A stretch of 64,000 bases of DNA from the NCBI GenBank assembly GCA_030390025.1, contig CM059432.1, positions 97,280,001-97,344,000 on the forward strand, written 5' to 3'. How positions within the stretch are numbered: the stretch's first letter is position 1; every line of letters begins with the position of its first letter. Below are positions 62,775-64,000 of the stretch, in pieces. Source of the DNA: Squalus acanthias. Taxonomy: Eukaryota. The notes below the pieces were generated by a model, which saw only the letters and a list, made by a program, of their open reading frames with translations, was not told the origin of the DNA and made no database searches. The translations under genes were made by a program, and so were the position numbers.

Positions 62775-63020
62775 CAAGGAGGCTTTGAGGGTGTCCTTGA
62801 AGCGTTTCCTCTGCGCACCTGGGGCTCTCTTGCCGTGTCGGAGATTAGATTGTAGCTCAGTAATCACTCCAAAGTACCTATTGTATTTTATCACATAGTG
62901 TGAACTTTATGGGTGGTTTTATTGAATAGTGGGTCGGTCTGTTTTGCTGCCAACAGCAGCTGTCAGTGAGAATAGAGAATCAACGCTTGATATAGTCATT
63001 TCCAAACTAACAATTTAAAA

Positions 63021-63175
63021 TAACAACAGAAAATGCTGGAAACACTCAGCAGGCCAGGCAGCATCCATGAGAGAGAAACAGAATTAACGTTTCAGGTCGA
63101 TGCCTGGCCTGCTGAGTGTTTCCAGCATTTTCTGTTGTTATTTCAGATTTCCAGCATTTGCAGTATTTTGCTATT
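63021..63175. mobile_element. Short Penelope-derived insert with inverted structure
   Basis: Perfect 40-bp inverted arms (63021-63060, 63101-63140) and 14-bp TSD CTAACAATTTAAAA (63007-63020, 63176-63189). Confidence 0.75.
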
Positions 63176-63693
63176 CTAACAATTTAAAAACTCATTCAAA
63201 CTATTTTCCATTTGATTTTCATTTATACATACCCGATGTGCTCATTTAATCCTTTCGATCATATATTTTTATGCTTTGTTATGTACTTAATTATGTGTTT
63301 CTTGCATGACCATGATCAAGCAGGGAGTCATCATTATTTATTGTGCGTAAAAAGAATCATTAGAACTAGTTAGAAGTAAGTGGAGACGCTCCTCTTCTTC
63401 CTACTTTTACAAACTATTTAAAACTTAAAAGCTATTTAGGCTTCTGAACCTGAGACTATTTTCTGCAAAATGGATCATGAAGCAACAATTCCAAATAAAA
63501 TAAATGTATTTTGCTGACCACACAGGAAGCTTCAGGCTCTACCTACCGCCAAACAAAAAAAAATCAGCATTTTTAGTGTTAAAGTAAATTTTTTTCAATT
63601 ATTGACATAGCTTTAATTGGCTTTAGCTTGATTTCTCCTGATATTATTAGGTCTTCAGCAATGATGTAAGTTTTATTTTAACAGGACATTATT

Positions 63694-64000
63694 GGGCTGG
63701 ATTTTCCGATCGGAGGCTTCCTACGGGCGGATGCCTCCGATCGGAAAAAATCTACGCACTTACCTGCTGGCTCCGTAGGTCCTGAGTCTTCCAATCCTGG
63801 GCATCTCCTGGTCCGCGCGCGCAGAGGCCCAGGTATCCCGGGGCGCCCCTGGGATCACATGTGCCATGGGGAACCAATCAAAGAAGAGAATCCCCCTGCA
63901 CACTTTTGATAGGTTTCTACGCATAGATCTGTCAAAAGTATGAAAGGGGATCACTTAAAAAACAGTTAAACATTAAATACATTTTTTTTAAAATAACGTA
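63694..64000. mobile_element. Left part of a Harbinger-type MITE running off the window
   Basis: Starts GGGCTGGATTTTCC. 16-bp inverted repeat at 63702-63717 / 63733-63748. Layout resembles 56110-56853. Confidence 0.55.

Larger units (their letters stand above)
62280..62850 (-). mobile_element. RTE-clade LINE 3' fragment
   Basis: GKRAPGAQRKRFKDTLKASL...WESLAQDPTKWR and a (GAA)n tail. Split by a solo pLTR. Confidence 0.7.

Overview
Eukaryotic, repeat-saturated, apparently intergenic or intronic DNA. The repeat families (DeuSINE/SacSINE1-like SINEs, CR1, L2, Penelope-like elements, spliced two-gene Harbingers) point to a cartilaginous fish such as a shark; this is inference. No host protein-coding exon, rRNA, tRNA gene or CRISPR array can be supported, and every long ORF is transposon-derived. 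Content: five PIF/Harbinger transposons (transposase plus convergent, intron-containing Myb/SANT gene, all damaged to some degree), one older Myb/SANT relic and several Harbinger-type MITEs; a near-complete Penelope-like element with hammerhead-ribozyme motifs in its pseudo-LTRs, a solo pLTR and a family of ~100-150 bp hammerhead-bearing non-autonomous inserts; a Gypsy LTR element with 137-bp LTRs and a tRNA-Ser PBS; two related solo LTRs; CR1, L2, RTE and CR1-group LINEs; and DeuSINEs. Most notable: the Penelope/hammerhead system with shared AT-rich target duplications, and a five-level nested insertion at ~32.9-45.7 kb. These extend known element classes; I cannot support a wholly new biological system from this window. 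Coordinates and alignments were read by eye, so boundaries marked ~ are approximate.
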